A stretch of DNA of 64,000 bases from Bdellovibrionales bacterium (lineage in GTDB: Bacteria > Bdellovibrionota > Bdellovibrionia > Bdellovibrionales > JAGQZY01). The stretch covers positions 928,001 through 992,000 of the forward strand of contig CAXRHT010000002.1 in assembly GCA_964230645.1 (NCBI GenBank), given 5' to 3'. Below the pieces are notes generated by a model. That model was not told the origin of the DNA and ran no database searches. It saw only the letters and a program-made list of their open reading frames with translations. Made by a program: the position numbers and the translations under genes. Shown here one piece after another: positions 31,548-41,484 of this stretch. Position 1 is the stretch's first letter, and every line of letters begins with the position of its first letter.

Positions 31548-31910
31548 TTAATCAGGAACCACAGCGCCGTCGGGATAACAAAAGTGGTCTTTAATCTCAG
31601 CACCCGAAGGACACATAAAGACCACCACCTGGCGCCCTGTTCCGTCTGTAGTAACGCAATCACTGATGCCAATTTCATAGGTGCTCTGATTGAATTTTTG
31701 AGCCATCTCAATGGCTGTGGCCTCTACAAATGAGGGTTTAAGCCTTTGAGCGTCCACATAAACCGCCCGATCTGTAATACAATCGGAGGCCTCCGCAGCG
31801 GCCTTATAGGGCTTTGTCGGTACTTCGGTCACTCGTTGTTCGTGAACCACTCGCTGAACACAGCCCAAAGAAAAAAGAAAAGTAAAACAAATCAATAGTT
31901 TCTTAGTCAT
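31548..31910 (-). CDS. Hypothetical lipoprotein
   Basis: Lipobox SLGC; four further Cys. Confidence 0.7.
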   Translation of the reverse strand: MTKKLLICFTFLFSLGCVQRVVHEQRVTEVPTKPYKAAAEASDCITDRAVYVDAQRLKPSFVEATAIEMAQKFNQSTYEIGISDCVTTDGTGRQVVVFMCPSGAEIKDHFCYPDGAVVPD

Positions 31911-32038
31911 GCCTTAATATATTGGCAGGAGACAAAGAAAGACAGAGATTTCTAAATTATTCTCGAAAAATTAGACCCCAACGAAAGCTGAAAGGTGACA
32001 TCGTTTTTATCAGCATTGAGACGAATAAAAGAGTCGAA

Positions 32039-33658
32039 TCACTTTTTCCTGAAGCGTCGAAGAACAATATTTAATTCTTCAACCTTCAAAAAAGCCCCAA
32101 CACTGAAGTAAACAAGGCCTGCCCCCCCTACAATTAAAATCAATAGAGGAAAATCTAAAAGAAAGCGACCTTGCTTCCATTGCAGCTGATTAATCGCCAC
32201 CAAATAAAACCCCATCATGCATGCCGCACCAGCACACAGTGAGACGTGACTGGCAATTTTTCTCCAATTTATCGTCCCCACTCTTTTTCCGATGAAAAAA
32301 CTAGAGATGATAAAGTTTATAAGGGTAATAAGTGCGGTTGAAAATACCAGCCCATTGAGTTTCCATATCTCCATAAAAAGAGGCGCCATAATCACATGAA
32401 CTGTAAGACCAAAAAGAGCGATGTAAGCAGGAGTTTTAGTGTCCCCGGTGGCATAAAGGGCCTGTGTCACGATCTTTAAAGAACCTGCGGCCATTAATGT
32501 CAGGCAGTAAATTTTGAGGATATCAGCCACAATTAAAACTTCAGCAAAAGAAAACTTTCCACGATTAAAAAGAATGTCCACAATGTCTGAACCCAAAAAC
32601 CAAAATCCAAATATACAAGGAATCGCTAAGAAGTAAAAAAGACCCAATTGTCTTGAAAGGCTTGAAATAAAATTTCCTGTTTCTTTTCGACTCCAGTATC
32701 CCGACAGAGCTGGAAGAACCGTTGTCCCAATACTCACGGCAATCAATGAAAGGGGAAGTTCCAACAAACGGTCAGCCGTGTAAATATAGGTAATCGCCCC
32801 AGGCATCAAACGACTGGCAAAGGAGGCGTTGATCAATCCCATGATTTGTAAAACACCCACACCAAGAAGAGTGGGCATAAATTTTCTCACCACCACTTGG
32901 ACGCTGGGGTGACTAAGGGAAAAAGAGATCTTTGGCAGACCGTGAACTTTAATCATCGCTGGCAATAGTAAAAAAGCCTGAAGGGCTCCCCCAATCACGA
33001 CCGAAAAAGCCGAAGCTAAAACCAAATGCTCAGAATCTTTATAGAGCCAGAGTCCACAAATGATAGCGACGTTCAGCAGCATTGGTGCGTATCCAGAGAG
33101 GGTAAATTTTCGGTTGGCATTTAAAACGGCCATAAAAAAAGCGAAAAGGCAGATAAAGAATAAGAAAAAGACCATGATTCGAGCCATGGTAATAGTCATT
33201 TCGATTTTGCCTGGAATATCGGAAAATCCTGAGCCCCCAAAAAGGAAATTCACAAGTGGGTCCATAAACAGGAACATCATCAGACAGATGAGGCTTATTA
33301 AGCTCATCAGTAAAGTGAAGATCCCATCGGCCAAACGCTGTGAATGGCTCTCCTCGCCTTTTTCCAAAAGTCCCACATAAACAGGAATAAAACTAACGGA
33401 AAGTCCCCCTTCGCCAAATAGTCGCCTAAATACGTTGGGAAGCTTAAAGGCGGCAAAAAAGGCATCTTTCATATCCAAAGGCATGATCGCCAAAACCAAG
33501 GAATCTCGAATAAAACCCAAAATTCGGCTAGTTAGCGTTCCTGTCCCGAAAAAAAAGGCCGCTTTGGCCGTCGAAACACGGGGACTATTTTTGGGGGCAT
33601 TGGGAGATTTTTGCAAAGAATATCCTTTTTTCTGAAAGGGGCTTGTCATCGAGCCCAT
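32039..33658 (-). CDS. murJ: Lipid II flippase MurJ (MviN)
   Basis: SRILGFIRD, DAFFAAFKLPNVFRRLFGEG, DRLLELP; divergent from rpsT; true start probably a little downstream. Confidence 0.95.
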   Translation of the reverse strand: MGSMTSPFQKKGYSLQKSPNAPKNSPRVSTAKAAFFFGTGTLTSRILGFIRDSLVLAIMPLDMKDAFFAAFKLPNVFRRLFGEGGLSVSFIPVYVGLLEKGEESHSQRLADGIFTLLMSLISLICLMMFLFMDPLVNFLFGGSGFSDIPGKIEMTITMARIMVFFLFFICLFAFFMAVLNANRKFTLSGYAPMLLNVAIICGLWLYKDSEHLVLASAFSVVIGGALQAFLLLPAMIKVHGLPKISFSLSHPSVQVVVRKFMPTLLGVGVLQIMGLINASFASRLMPGAITYIYTADRLLELPLSLIAVSIGTTVLPALSGYWSRKETGNFISSLSRQLGLFYFLAIPCIFGFWFLGSDIVDILFNRGKFSFAEVLIVADILKIYCLTLMAAGSLKIVTQALYATGDTKTPAYIALFGLTVHVIMAPLFMEIWKLNGLVFSTALITLINFIISSFFIGKRVGTINWRKIASHVSLCAGAACMMGFYLVAINQLQWKQGRFLLDFPLLILIVGGAGLVYFSVGAFLKVEELNIVLRRFRKK

Positions 33659-33704
33659 TTTCCGTTATCACCACATGTTCATAAGTTATATCGGAGGTTT
33701 AGCC

Positions 33705-33974
33705 TTGGCAAATATTGTATCTGCAAAAAAACGTGCTCGACAGGCTGTGGTTCGTAGAGACCGCAATCAACAAATGAAAAAAGCGATTCGCCATTTGGAG
33801 AAAAAGGTTCGAAATGCTATTGCGGCTAAAGATAAAGACCAAGCGGCAACCTTCCTTAAAGACTACGAGAGCGCCATCGACAAAGCGGCTGTTAAAGGAA
33901 AATACCACCCGAACAAAGCTTCTCGCAAAGTGAGTCGTCTGACTCAGTTTATGAATAAATCATTGAACGCCTAA
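33705..33974 (+). CDS. rpsT: 30S ribosomal protein S20
   Basis: ANIVSAKKRARQ, IDKAAVKG..HPNKASRKVSRL; TTG start after GGAGG. Confidence 0.96.
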   Translation: MANIVSAKKRARQAVVRRDRNQQMKKAIRHLEKKVRNAIAAKDKDQAATFLKDYESAIDKAAVKGKYHPNKASRKVSRLTQFMNKSLNA

Positions 33975-34003
33975 AATTTTATTTCAAAGTTTTGTTCAAA
34001 GCT

Positions 34004-34031
34004 AAAAGCAAGCCTAAAGGCTTGCTTTTTT
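34004..34031 (+). terminator. Intrinsic terminator after rpsT
   Basis: AAAAGCAAGCC-TAAA-GGCTTGCTTTTTT. Confidence 0.85.
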
Positions 34032-34111
34032 AGTTTGAACGTCTCAAATCTTTACGAATTTAGCTTTGCAGCCATTAAGTTTTAGGCATTGAATCTCGAT
34101 AAGAAACTTGT

Positions 34112-34450
34112 ATGGCAGAAGCAAAAAGACGAAAAGCACCAAGAAGACAATACCACGGTCAGGCCGGCATTTTATATCGTGGGCATATGACCATCACCCG
34201 CTGCAATCAGCTCGGCGAGGGAGGGGCTTTGATTCGCTCCGATGAGTTGCTCGACTCTGTCGTCGAGGGGGAAGAAGTTGTCGTTACCCTATTTCTTCCC
34301 AATATTGGAGGTCTTGTCGCCACAGCTCAGTGTGTGTATCGCTCAAACAATACTAAAATTGGGTTGCAGTTCTGCTCTCTTGAGATGAAATACAAAAAGA
34401 AAATCAGAGAATTCGTGTCTCGCCGTAAGCAAGTGGAAGAGGCGGTTTAG
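34112..34450 (+). CDS. Stand-alone PilZ-domain protein
   Basis: RKAPR (RxxxR), QLGEGG (degenerate D/NxSxxG), IGLQF. Confidence 0.8.
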   Translation: MAEAKRRKAPRRQYHGQAGILYRGHMTITRCNQLGEGGALIRSDELLDSVVEGEEVVVTLFLPNIGGLVATAQCVYRSNNTKIGLQFCSLEMKYKKKIREFVSRRKQVEEAV

Positions 34451-34451
34451 C

Positions 34452-35189
34452 ATGGCCGAGACCAACTACAAAGCAGACTTAGCCAGGTACAAGTATAAGC
34501 TCTCCATTCTGATCCCGATGTACAACGAAGCCGAAACCATTCGCTTTGTTCTAAACAAAGTTTGCAAAGCCCTTGAAAACCAAAGCTTTGAAATTATCGT
34601 TGTCGATGATGGCTCCAGCGATGAATCTAAAAAAATGGTGCAACAGTTTCAATCGCTACACCCTAAATTAGCGATCAAATACATCTATCAACACAACCTG
34701 GGTAAAGGTGGAGCCATTCGCACAGGTATTGAGGCCGCCTCCGGTGAGATTTTAGTGGTGCAAGATGCGGATCTTGAATATGACCCCGAAGATATTCTTC
34801 CCTTAATCCCCCCTTTTGAGCAAGGAACTCGTGTCGTCTACGGCTCTCGGAATATGAACAAAGAAAATCGTGAGCATTCCAGCCTGTTTTTCTACTGGGG
34901 TGGTCTGATGGTGACCCATGTGACTAATCTTCTTTTTGGTTCAAAGTTGACAGATGAGGCCACGGGCTACAAACTTTTTCATGCAAAGGTTTTCGAAAAT
35001 TTTAATTTTAAACACAATGATTTTGCCTGGGAACCAGAAATCACAGCCAAGCTCTTGAAGAACAAGATTGAAATTGTGGAAAAACCCATCTCCTACAAAC
35101 CTCGTTCTAAAGCGGAGGGCAAAAAAATCTCATGGAAAGACGGGATCAAAGCCATTTGGGTTCTTTTGTGCGAGTTTATCAAAAGATAA
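34452..35189 (+). CDS. GT2 glycosyltransferase (DPM1/polyprenol-phosphate-sugar synthase-like)
   Basis: IPMYNE, VDDGSSD, GKGGA, QDADLEYDP, GKKISWKDG. Confidence 0.9.
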   Translation: MAETNYKADLARYKYKLSILIPMYNEAETIRFVLNKVCKALENQSFEIIVVDDGSSDESKKMVQQFQSLHPKLAIKYIYQHNLGKGGAIRTGIEAASGEILVVQDADLEYDPEDILPLIPPFEQGTRVVYGSRNMNKENREHSSLFFYWGGLMVTHVTNLLFGSKLTDEATGYKLFHAKVFENFNFKHNDFAWEPEITAKLLKNKIEIVEKPISYKPRSKAEGKKISWKDGIKAIWVLLCEFIKR

Positions 35190-36688
35190 AGACAACAACC
35201 TGGCTTCCCTTTTTTCTAATAGCAGTGGCCGTGAGCCTTTCTTACTTTAATGCCTTAGAAAATGACTTCCTATGGGATGATGAGTTTTTGATTGAAAAAA
35301 ACTCCTACCTTCGGAGCTTCGAAAACCTACCTAAGATGCTCGTCTCAAACTCAACGGCGGGCTTTGGCGGACGCGATAACTTTTATCGCCCCACTCAAAA
35401 CATCTACTATCTTTTTATCTATCAGGCCTTCGGCTACAACAAAGTGGCTTTTCATTTCGGAAATATTTTACTCCACTTTCTCAACGGGATTCTTGTTTTT
35501 TTACTGATTTTCCGCCTGACGAAGAGAAAGCCGCTGGCTCTACTAACGAGTCTTCTCTGGGTCTGCCACCCCACCCATGTGGAAGCCATCACTTACATCA
35601 GTGGAACCGCAGACCCCATGGCTTTTCTTTTTTGCTTTCTCTGTCTATTAACTTATCCCTACAATAAAAAACACTGGGGGCGCCTTTTAGCCTCCTTGGC
35701 CTTTTTTCTTCTAGCCTTGCTCTCCAAAGAGGCCATTATTGTGACACCAGCCCTTTTAGTCGTTTGCCAATTTTGGCTCAGTAAAGAAAGGCCCTTTCAC
35801 TTGAAAACCTATCTGAAAACCCTTCCCTTTTGGTTACTAGCCATTGGCTATCTTCTTGTCAGAGAGTTCCTTTTGAATTTTGATAAAACCTATACGTTCT
35901 ATAAAAGCAGCAACATCTATACAGAGAATATCCACTACCGTTTTTTTACTTTTCTTGCGACACTGCCGGAATACTTACTCATTTTACTGCGACCTATCAA
36001 ACTCCATATGGAAAGGTCCTTTCCCGTTTTCACTCAATGGAGCAGTTCTCCCGTTCTTTTGGGCGCACTCGTTGTGGTCCTGCCCTTAGTTCTTGGAATT
36101 TATCTTCTCGTAAAAAAACAGAAGAAATGGCTTCTTTTTGCGTGGCTTTGGTTTTTTGCTGCCTTCACTCCGATGACCGGAGTTTTAATCCCCGTGAATT
36201 CTTTTATTTTGGAACATTGGCTCTACCTACCCTCGGTGGGCTTTTTTCTTGTCGGCGCTTTGCTTGTTATTAAAACCCAAAAAATCCACCCGACTCTTCC
36301 TTTGATTTTTGCTTTGATCCTTGTCAGTACCGAGATTGGTCTAACCCATTATCGCAATAAGGTTTGGCGAACACCGATTACATTTTATCAAGATATCTTA
36401 AAGTATTCAGAGGGTTCAGCACGGGTTCACAACAATTTAGCCATGGCCTATCAGGACGACAAACAACACCAAAGAGCCATTGATCACTACAAAAAAGCGA
36501 TTGCACTTTCAGACACCTACCCACAAACTCATTATAATTTAGCACGCTCTTACATTCAGGAAAACCGTCTGGATTTAGCCCTAAAGCATTTAAACCGAAG
36601 TCTTGAACTTAGACCTGACTTTGTTTACTCACAGAAACTTAAAAAAGAGCTACTTGATTTTTTAGATAAACCTAAAAAGAATCCATAA
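35132..36688 (+). CDS. TMTC-like polytopic (GT-C) glycosyltransferase with C-terminal TPRs
   Basis: FLWDD after TM1, YRP, HPTHVEAI, LSKE, EHWLYLPS, then TPR repeats; start uncertain (about 35132-35168). Confidence 0.8.
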   Translation: MERRDQSHLGSFVRVYQKIKTTTWLPFFLIAVAVSLSYFNALENDFLWDDEFLIEKNSYLRSFENLPKMLVSNSTAGFGGRDNFYRPTQNIYYLFIYQAFGYNKVAFHFGNILLHFLNGILVFLLIFRLTKRKPLALLTSLLWVCHPTHVEAITYISGTADPMAFLFCFLCLLTYPYNKKHWGRLLASLAFFLLALLSKEAIIVTPALLVVCQFWLSKERPFHLKTYLKTLPFWLLAIGYLLVREFLLNFDKTYTFYKSSNIYTENIHYRFFTFLATLPEYLLILLRPIKLHMERSFPVFTQWSSSPVLLGALVVVLPLVLGIYLLVKKQKKWLLFAWLWFFAAFTPMTGVLIPVNSFILEHWLYLPSVGFFLVGALLVIKTQKIHPTLPLIFALILVSTEIGLTHYRNKVWRTPITFYQDILKYSEGSARVHNNLAMAYQDDKQHQRAIDHYKKAIALSDTYPQTHYNLARSYIQENRLDLALKHLNRSLELRPDFVYSQKLKKELLDFLDKPKKNP

Positions 36689-36715
36689 AAAAAGGCTCCC
36701 CTTATGGAAAGCCTT
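36687..36715 (-). terminator. Intrinsic terminator between convergent genes
   Basis: Minus strand AAGGCTTTCC-ATAA-GGGGAGCCTT-TTTTT. Confidence 0.6.
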
Positions 36716-36743
36716 CACTTAATCTTAAGTAAGATCACTTTTA

Positions 36744-37463
36744 TTAATGACTAAGACTGTCTTTACTTAAAAACTTCTCAAAGCATTTTTCATTGGTTTT
36801 TGACATCTCGGTAAAGCGAATTCCCATTCCCTTCGGATAACGTCCCTGCGGTTCTGCTATACGAACGACCACAGCTTCACAACGGATTTTTCGCATGGAA
36901 CTAACATTGAGACTCACTCGCACGGTATCGCCAATCTTGGGTAAGTTATCAAGCTCATCAAGGCAAACGAACGCTCCCGTTTTTGAAACATCAAAGGTCT
37001 CTCCCTGAACCATATCTCCCACGTAGGGATTTAATGTGGCTCCAACTTTCCTTGAGTATCTTTTAGAGGCTCGCCACCAGCGCCTTTTAGGGTCTTTTAA
37101 AATGACTTGTGAAGAAGGCAACGCTAGAGGCACGAAAAGTCCCGCTGAAAGAAGGGTGGCGATTGTGGTTTGCTGCAACGAGAAGTCAGCCCCAAAATTT
37201 CCCACGATATAATTGTTAAAAGCCACTAACGCCAGCAGTACGGGGGCAAAAAACAAAATTCCACGGGAGGCCTGGTAATAGAAATAGGCTCCCAATATAA
37301 ATGCAAAAGCAATAAGCCAGTTCAGTGAGGTCATTTTTGCAAAAATAGCCTGTGTTTCAGTCCATGGATGACCGTACAAAAACATCACTTGTAGCGGGAA
37401 AGATAAAGCAATGAGGATCATCATTAAGGGAGCTAGGTAGAACTGTTTAGGTTTCATCAACAT
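36744..37463 (-). CDS. Four-TM membrane protein with a C-terminal PilZ domain
   Basis: TM helices, then RASKR (RxxxR), DVSKTG (DxSxxG), GMGIRF. Confidence 0.85.
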   Translation of the reverse strand: MLMKPKQFYLAPLMMILIALSFPLQVMFLYGHPWTETQAIFAKMTSLNWLIAFAFILGAYFYYQASRGILFFAPVLLALVAFNNYIVGNFGADFSLQQTTIATLLSAGLFVPLALPSSQVILKDPKRRWWRASKRYSRKVGATLNPYVGDMVQGETFDVSKTGAFVCLDELDNLPKIGDTVRVSLNVSSMRKIRCEAVVVRIAEPQGRYPKGMGIRFTEMSKTNEKCFEKFLSKDSLSH

Positions 37464-38562
37464 CTTGCACCTCTTTTTTATCTGAGTCGGTGTAATGAAA
37501 GCAGTAACTACTGACTTTTTTCACGTAATTGACGGCTTCCTTTAAATTTTCATGATTTTTCCAATCATCTTTCATTTCTTTGACCGCCCTTTTAACTCTG
37601 GAAGCTCCTGAATTATAACTCGCCAGAATTAACTCCGTGAGATTCCTCTCTCTATCCCCCTTTAATGAATCCACAATTTTTTTATTTTTCTTTAAATTCC
37701 AATAGCGTTTTAGATATCCAATATAAGTCATCCCACCTTTAAGGGATTTCATTGGATCAAGACGCCACTCCTCACCTTCCGTTATTTCTCCAGTATGGAT
37801 CTTGGCTTTCAAGCTTAAATAAGAAAGTGTATTAATGCCAGGATACCTCGGCCAATCATCAATAGAGTTGAGAACTTCTTTTTCCGCCAGAGGTGTTATT
37901 TGAGTTAAACCGATGGCCTTAGCCCAACTGACAGCCTGTGGGTTAAATCCTGATTCCTGTGCCACGATTCCAGCCAGAAAAGAGGGGTTTGAATCATGCT
38001 CTCCAGCAACCTTTTCAATCATCCCTATGTACTCTTCGGGAGCTCGAAAAGTTCCTAAGTGGGCCAGTTGCCTTTTCTGAAAAAGAGAACAATCGGGAGC
38101 CTGGAGAGGCTTTTCTAATAAAATGTTTTCTTCCCCTCTAAGCACTCGCACTTGAATCTTATTGGTATCTAAAGTTTTGAGACGAAAATTCTCTAATATA
38201 TAGATGCGTGTTCTTAAATCCTGACTACGATGAACTCTTGCTGAACTTAAAAAAGATTCGGTGACATCTATATTGTTATGTATGACTTGTATTTCCACGC
38301 CATCTTGTATGGGATATTCTGATTTAAGTTCCACAGAAAAGTCGGCTTTATCATGGAGCACCTGACGGCTGGGATGAAAGAACACCTGATATTTTTGCCT
38401 ATTTTGACTGGCCACATCTCGTGCTTTCTTTTTATTTTTCGAAACCTCTACCTCTTTGACCTCTTCAAGAGCTCCAAAAGGCGTTGTCGGGCCCACACAG
38501 CCTAACAACAAAAAGGAAACTAAAAACAAACCACTCAGGCGCTTCAAACGATCAACCTCCAT
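37447..38562 (-). CDS. Lytic transglycosylase (SLT-domain) lipoprotein
   Basis: Lipobox LLGC; QESGFNPQAVSWAKAIGLTQI, LASYNSG, YVKKV. Confidence 0.88.
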   Translation of the reverse strand: MEVDRLKRLSGLFLVSFLLLGCVGPTTPFGALEEVKEVEVSKNKKKARDVASQNRQKYQVFFHPSRQVLHDKADFSVELKSEYPIQDGVEIQVIHNNIDVTESFLSSARVHRSQDLRTRIYILENFRLKTLDTNKIQVRVLRGEENILLEKPLQAPDCSLFQKRQLAHLGTFRAPEEYIGMIEKVAGEHDSNPSFLAGIVAQESGFNPQAVSWAKAIGLTQITPLAEKEVLNSIDDWPRYPGINTLSYLSLKAKIHTGEITEGEEWRLDPMKSLKGGMTYIGYLKRYWNLKKNKKIVDSLKGDRERNLTELILASYNSGASRVKRAVKEMKDDWKNHENLKEAVNYVKKVSSYCFHYTDSDKKEVQDVDET

Positions 38563-38960
38563 CCTAAAGTCCTATCGGACTAAAATCTAAAAGAGCTGAG
38601 GGAATTTCAGGGATGTTTCTCATCTTGTGACAAAAAAAGAGGAAAAAATAAAAAACACTTCTCGAATCAAATTAAGTCGTCGCAAATTTCGACAAAAACG
38701 GTGTCATTGCGTTTCACTTTCTTACACTTACTAAAACTGTAATTTCCTGATTTCAGTAGGATAGGAAGCTTTTCCACAGAACGCTCATTGTTAAATTAGA
38801 TAATCTGTTATTAAAAAACGTAATGAACAATGCGTCGACCGGACTTTTTCCTATGTAAATTAGAACATTCATATAACAATTTTTCCCGTACTGGCGTTCG
38901 ACAAAAGTCGGGTCCAGGTACGAACTCAATGAAGAGCTCGTAACAACTTGGGGGAACTAT

Positions 38961-40385
38961 ATGAAAGCAATGATTGCAGCAGCAATACTCGTTTTTTCTT
39001 TTCAGACAATGGCAAATAGTTTTGATAACTTTGCACAAACACCGTCATCTGAAAATCAATCAAAAGATATCATCATCAAATTGAAAGGCGACATGGACCG
39101 CACTTTCCTTGGCCGCTCTGTTATGAACAGTAAGCCGCTGATTAAAGATATGAATCTTCACCTATTAAAAATCAATCCAAGCATGGATGTGGACGCCGTT
39201 CTTGAAGAGCTAAGAAACAATCCAGATGTTGAGTACGCTCAAATTGACCATAAAGTTTACTCTCGAATCACAGAGCCAGAAGGCGAAGATGCTGAGCTTG
39301 ATCCAATCCCTGCAGAAAACGGTCCTAACGACCCTGGATTTGGTGAGCAATGGTCAATGGGCCTTGATAGTGACAACTTCGGAATTGATGCACTTAATGC
39401 TTGGTTAAAGTATGGAACTGGCGGAAAAGATGCTAATGATAACGATATCGTTGTGGCTGTTGTTGATGGCGGAGTCGAAATCACTCACCCTGACCTTCAA
39501 GACAACGTTTGGTTTAATCGCGCTGAAATTGCTGACAATAATATAGACGACGACCAAAACGGCTACGTTGATGATATCAATGGCTGGAATGGTTACACCA
39601 ACACCAATCAACACAAATCAAGCGGACATGGAACTCATGTTGCTGGAATTATTGGTGCTAAAGGTAACAACCAAGAAGGTGTCACTGGTGTTAACTGGGA
39701 TGTAAAAGTTATGAACGTTCCTGGTTCTTCTGGAAGCACATCTGTTGTACTTACGGCTTACAACTACATTCTTGAGCAAAAGAAACTTTGGTTAGCCACA
39801 AACGGAGCCAAAGGTGCCAACATCGTATCGACCAACTCTAGTTTTGGTATTGATGGTGCTGACTGTACTTCTGGAAGCTATCCTGCTTGGAATGACGTTT
39901 ATAACGAAATGGGTAAAGTAGGAATTCTTTCTGCCGCTGCAACAGCTAACAGAAGCTGGAACATCGACCAAGTGGGTGACGTACCAACGGGTTGTGATAG
40001 CCCTTACCTCATAGCCGTTACAAACAACCGTCCTGATGGAACGAGAGCCAGCGCTGGTTACGGAAAAGTAACGATCGATCTTGCTGCTCCTGGAACAAGA
40101 ATTCACTCCACTTATTCTAATGGTTCAACGGCTAGTTTAACTGGAACTTCTATGTCAACTCCTCATGTAGCTGGAGCTGTTGCTTTCCTTAACAGTATTG
40201 CTTCACAGCCTCTAAGTGATCTTTATATGACTGATCCTGGTGCCGCTGCCCTAGAGATGAAAAGAATCATGATGGAAACTGTGACCGAGAGAGATAACTT
40301 CAAAGACGAGACTGTAGCCGGAGGTATTTTAAACCTCAACGCTGCGGCTGATGCTGTTGTTACTTTTGGTATGGGTCAAAACTAA
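38961..40385 (+). CDS. Secreted subtilisin-like (S8) serine protease with prodomain
   Basis: VVDGG (Asp), HGTHVAG (His), GTSMSTPHVAG (Ser), signal peptide. Confidence 0.95.
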   Translation: MKAMIAAAILVFSFQTMANSFDNFAQTPSSENQSKDIIIKLKGDMDRTFLGRSVMNSKPLIKDMNLHLLKINPSMDVDAVLEELRNNPDVEYAQIDHKVYSRITEPEGEDAELDPIPAENGPNDPGFGEQWSMGLDSDNFGIDALNAWLKYGTGGKDANDNDIVVAVVDGGVEITHPDLQDNVWFNRAEIADNNIDDDQNGYVDDINGWNGYTNTNQHKSSGHGTHVAGIIGAKGNNQEGVTGVNWDVKVMNVPGSSGSTSVVLTAYNYILEQKKLWLATNGAKGANIVSTNSSFGIDGADCTSGSYPAWNDVYNEMGKVGILSAAATANRSWNIDQVGDVPTGCDSPYLIAVTNNRPDGTRASAGYGKVTIDLAAPGTRIHSTYSNGSTASLTGTSMSTPHVAGAVAFLNSIASQPLSDLYMTDPGAAALEMKRIMMETVTERDNFKDETVAGGILNLNAAADAVVTFGMGQN

Positions 40386-40411
40386 GAATTCCCCAATTAA
40401 AAGCCAATACG

Positions 40412-40446
40412 AAAAAACCCACATTTGTTTAAATGTGGGTTTTTTT
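40412..40446 (+). terminator. Intrinsic terminator after the S8 protease
   Basis: AAAAAACCCACATTT-GTTT-AAATGTGGGTTTTTT. Confidence 0.88.
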
Positions 40447-40458
40447 ATTTTTAGCAAT

Positions 40459-40491
40459 AAAAAAAGGAGCCAGCCAAGGCTCCATTTTTTT
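40459..40491 (-). terminator. Second terminator hairpin (for the exonuclease gene)
   Basis: GGAGCC...GGCTCC flanked by A- and T-runs. Confidence 0.65.
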
Positions 40492-40498
40492 ATTAATT

Positions 40499-41074
40499 TT
40501 ATGGTGTGACCTGAAAAACCTTTTCCCTCATCAGTTTATTAAAACAACGATGGGTGGCTTTAACGTCGACCATGGCATCGTGGGCATTCTCTAGATTTTC
40601 ATTAAAACAGATTTTATAGAGCTCTTCGAGTTTTGGCCATTTGTAACCGTAGTTACCGGGAAGCTTACAAAAGTCCACAGCAGACTTCATAGTGCAAAAC
40701 ATTGTCTTTTGTATTTCGGGATTCATCTGCGCTCTTAACAGCTCAGCTTGTAAAACAGCCAGATCGAAATTGAGATTATGACAAATTAAAACGTCACATT
40801 CCCCCACGTCTCTAAGAAATTCCGCAAGCACTGGTATCAGAGGGCGCCCTTTAGATTCAGAAACCTCGTTGGTGATACCGTGAACCTTCGCTGAAGTTTC
40901 TGGAATGGGAAAATCGACTTTAATAATGTTGTCTGATTCTTTTTGGGTCTCAAAGTTTTCAGAGACGAGCCAAGAGAGTTGCACTATGCGTGGCCAATTG
41001 TCCGTCTCCGTATAGGGGGCACGGAAGTTCTTGGGCAAGCCCGTCGTTTCCGTATCAAAAAACAGATATTTCAT
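40499..41074 (-). CDS. DEDDh 3'-5' exonuclease
   Basis: FDTETTG, HNLNFD, AHDAMVDV. Confidence 0.93.
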   Translation of the reverse strand: MKYLFFDTETTGLPKNFRAPYTETDNWPRIVQLSWLVSENFETQKESDNIIKVDFPIPETSAKVHGITNEVSESKGRPLIPVLAEFLRDVGECDVLICHNLNFDLAVLQAELLRAQMNPEIQKTMFCTMKSAVDFCKLPGNYGYKWPKLEELYKICFNENLENAHDAMVDVKATHRCFNKLMREKVFQVTP

Positions 41075-41421
41075 GTTTCCTCCGAAATTTCTTTTTTGTT
41101 TTTAGGTAAAGTAAGTAAGCAACGCTTTTTTCGACACTTAGGAACACCTTCTCGCTGCATCTTTTTGTCGATGGCTTGGGGAGCGATACAGTTGGAAGTT
41201 TTGTCTCCCTTATGGGCCTTAGCCTCATAAAGCTCCTTGTATCTTCGGTGAACCGAGAAGTAGCGGCCACATCCGCCGTAAGCCTTCACACAGTTTTCAT
41301 CCTTTTCGCACCAAAAATAATTAATTCCAAAGGCTGTCGAGGGAAGAAAAGTGAAACAAAGCAAAATGTAAACTATTCGAGTCATACTTTCGAGTGTAAC
41401 AAAGCCCAGGCCCATATGCAT
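41071..41421 (-). CDS. Small Cys-rich secreted protein
   Basis: Signal peptide (AFG), C.KDENC....GGCG...C...C....C; overlaps the exonuclease start. Confidence 0.7.
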   Translation of the reverse strand: MHMGLGFVTLESMTRIVYILLCFTFLPSTAFGINYFWCEKDENCVKAYGGCGRYFSVHRRYKELYEAKAHKGDKTSNCIAPQAIDKKMQREGVPKCRKKRCLLTLPKNKKEISEET

Positions 41422-41484
41422 TGGGTTGCGCAGTAACTCTGACTTTTAAGGGACCTATCCTAAAGAAAAATCCGAAATGTCTAA

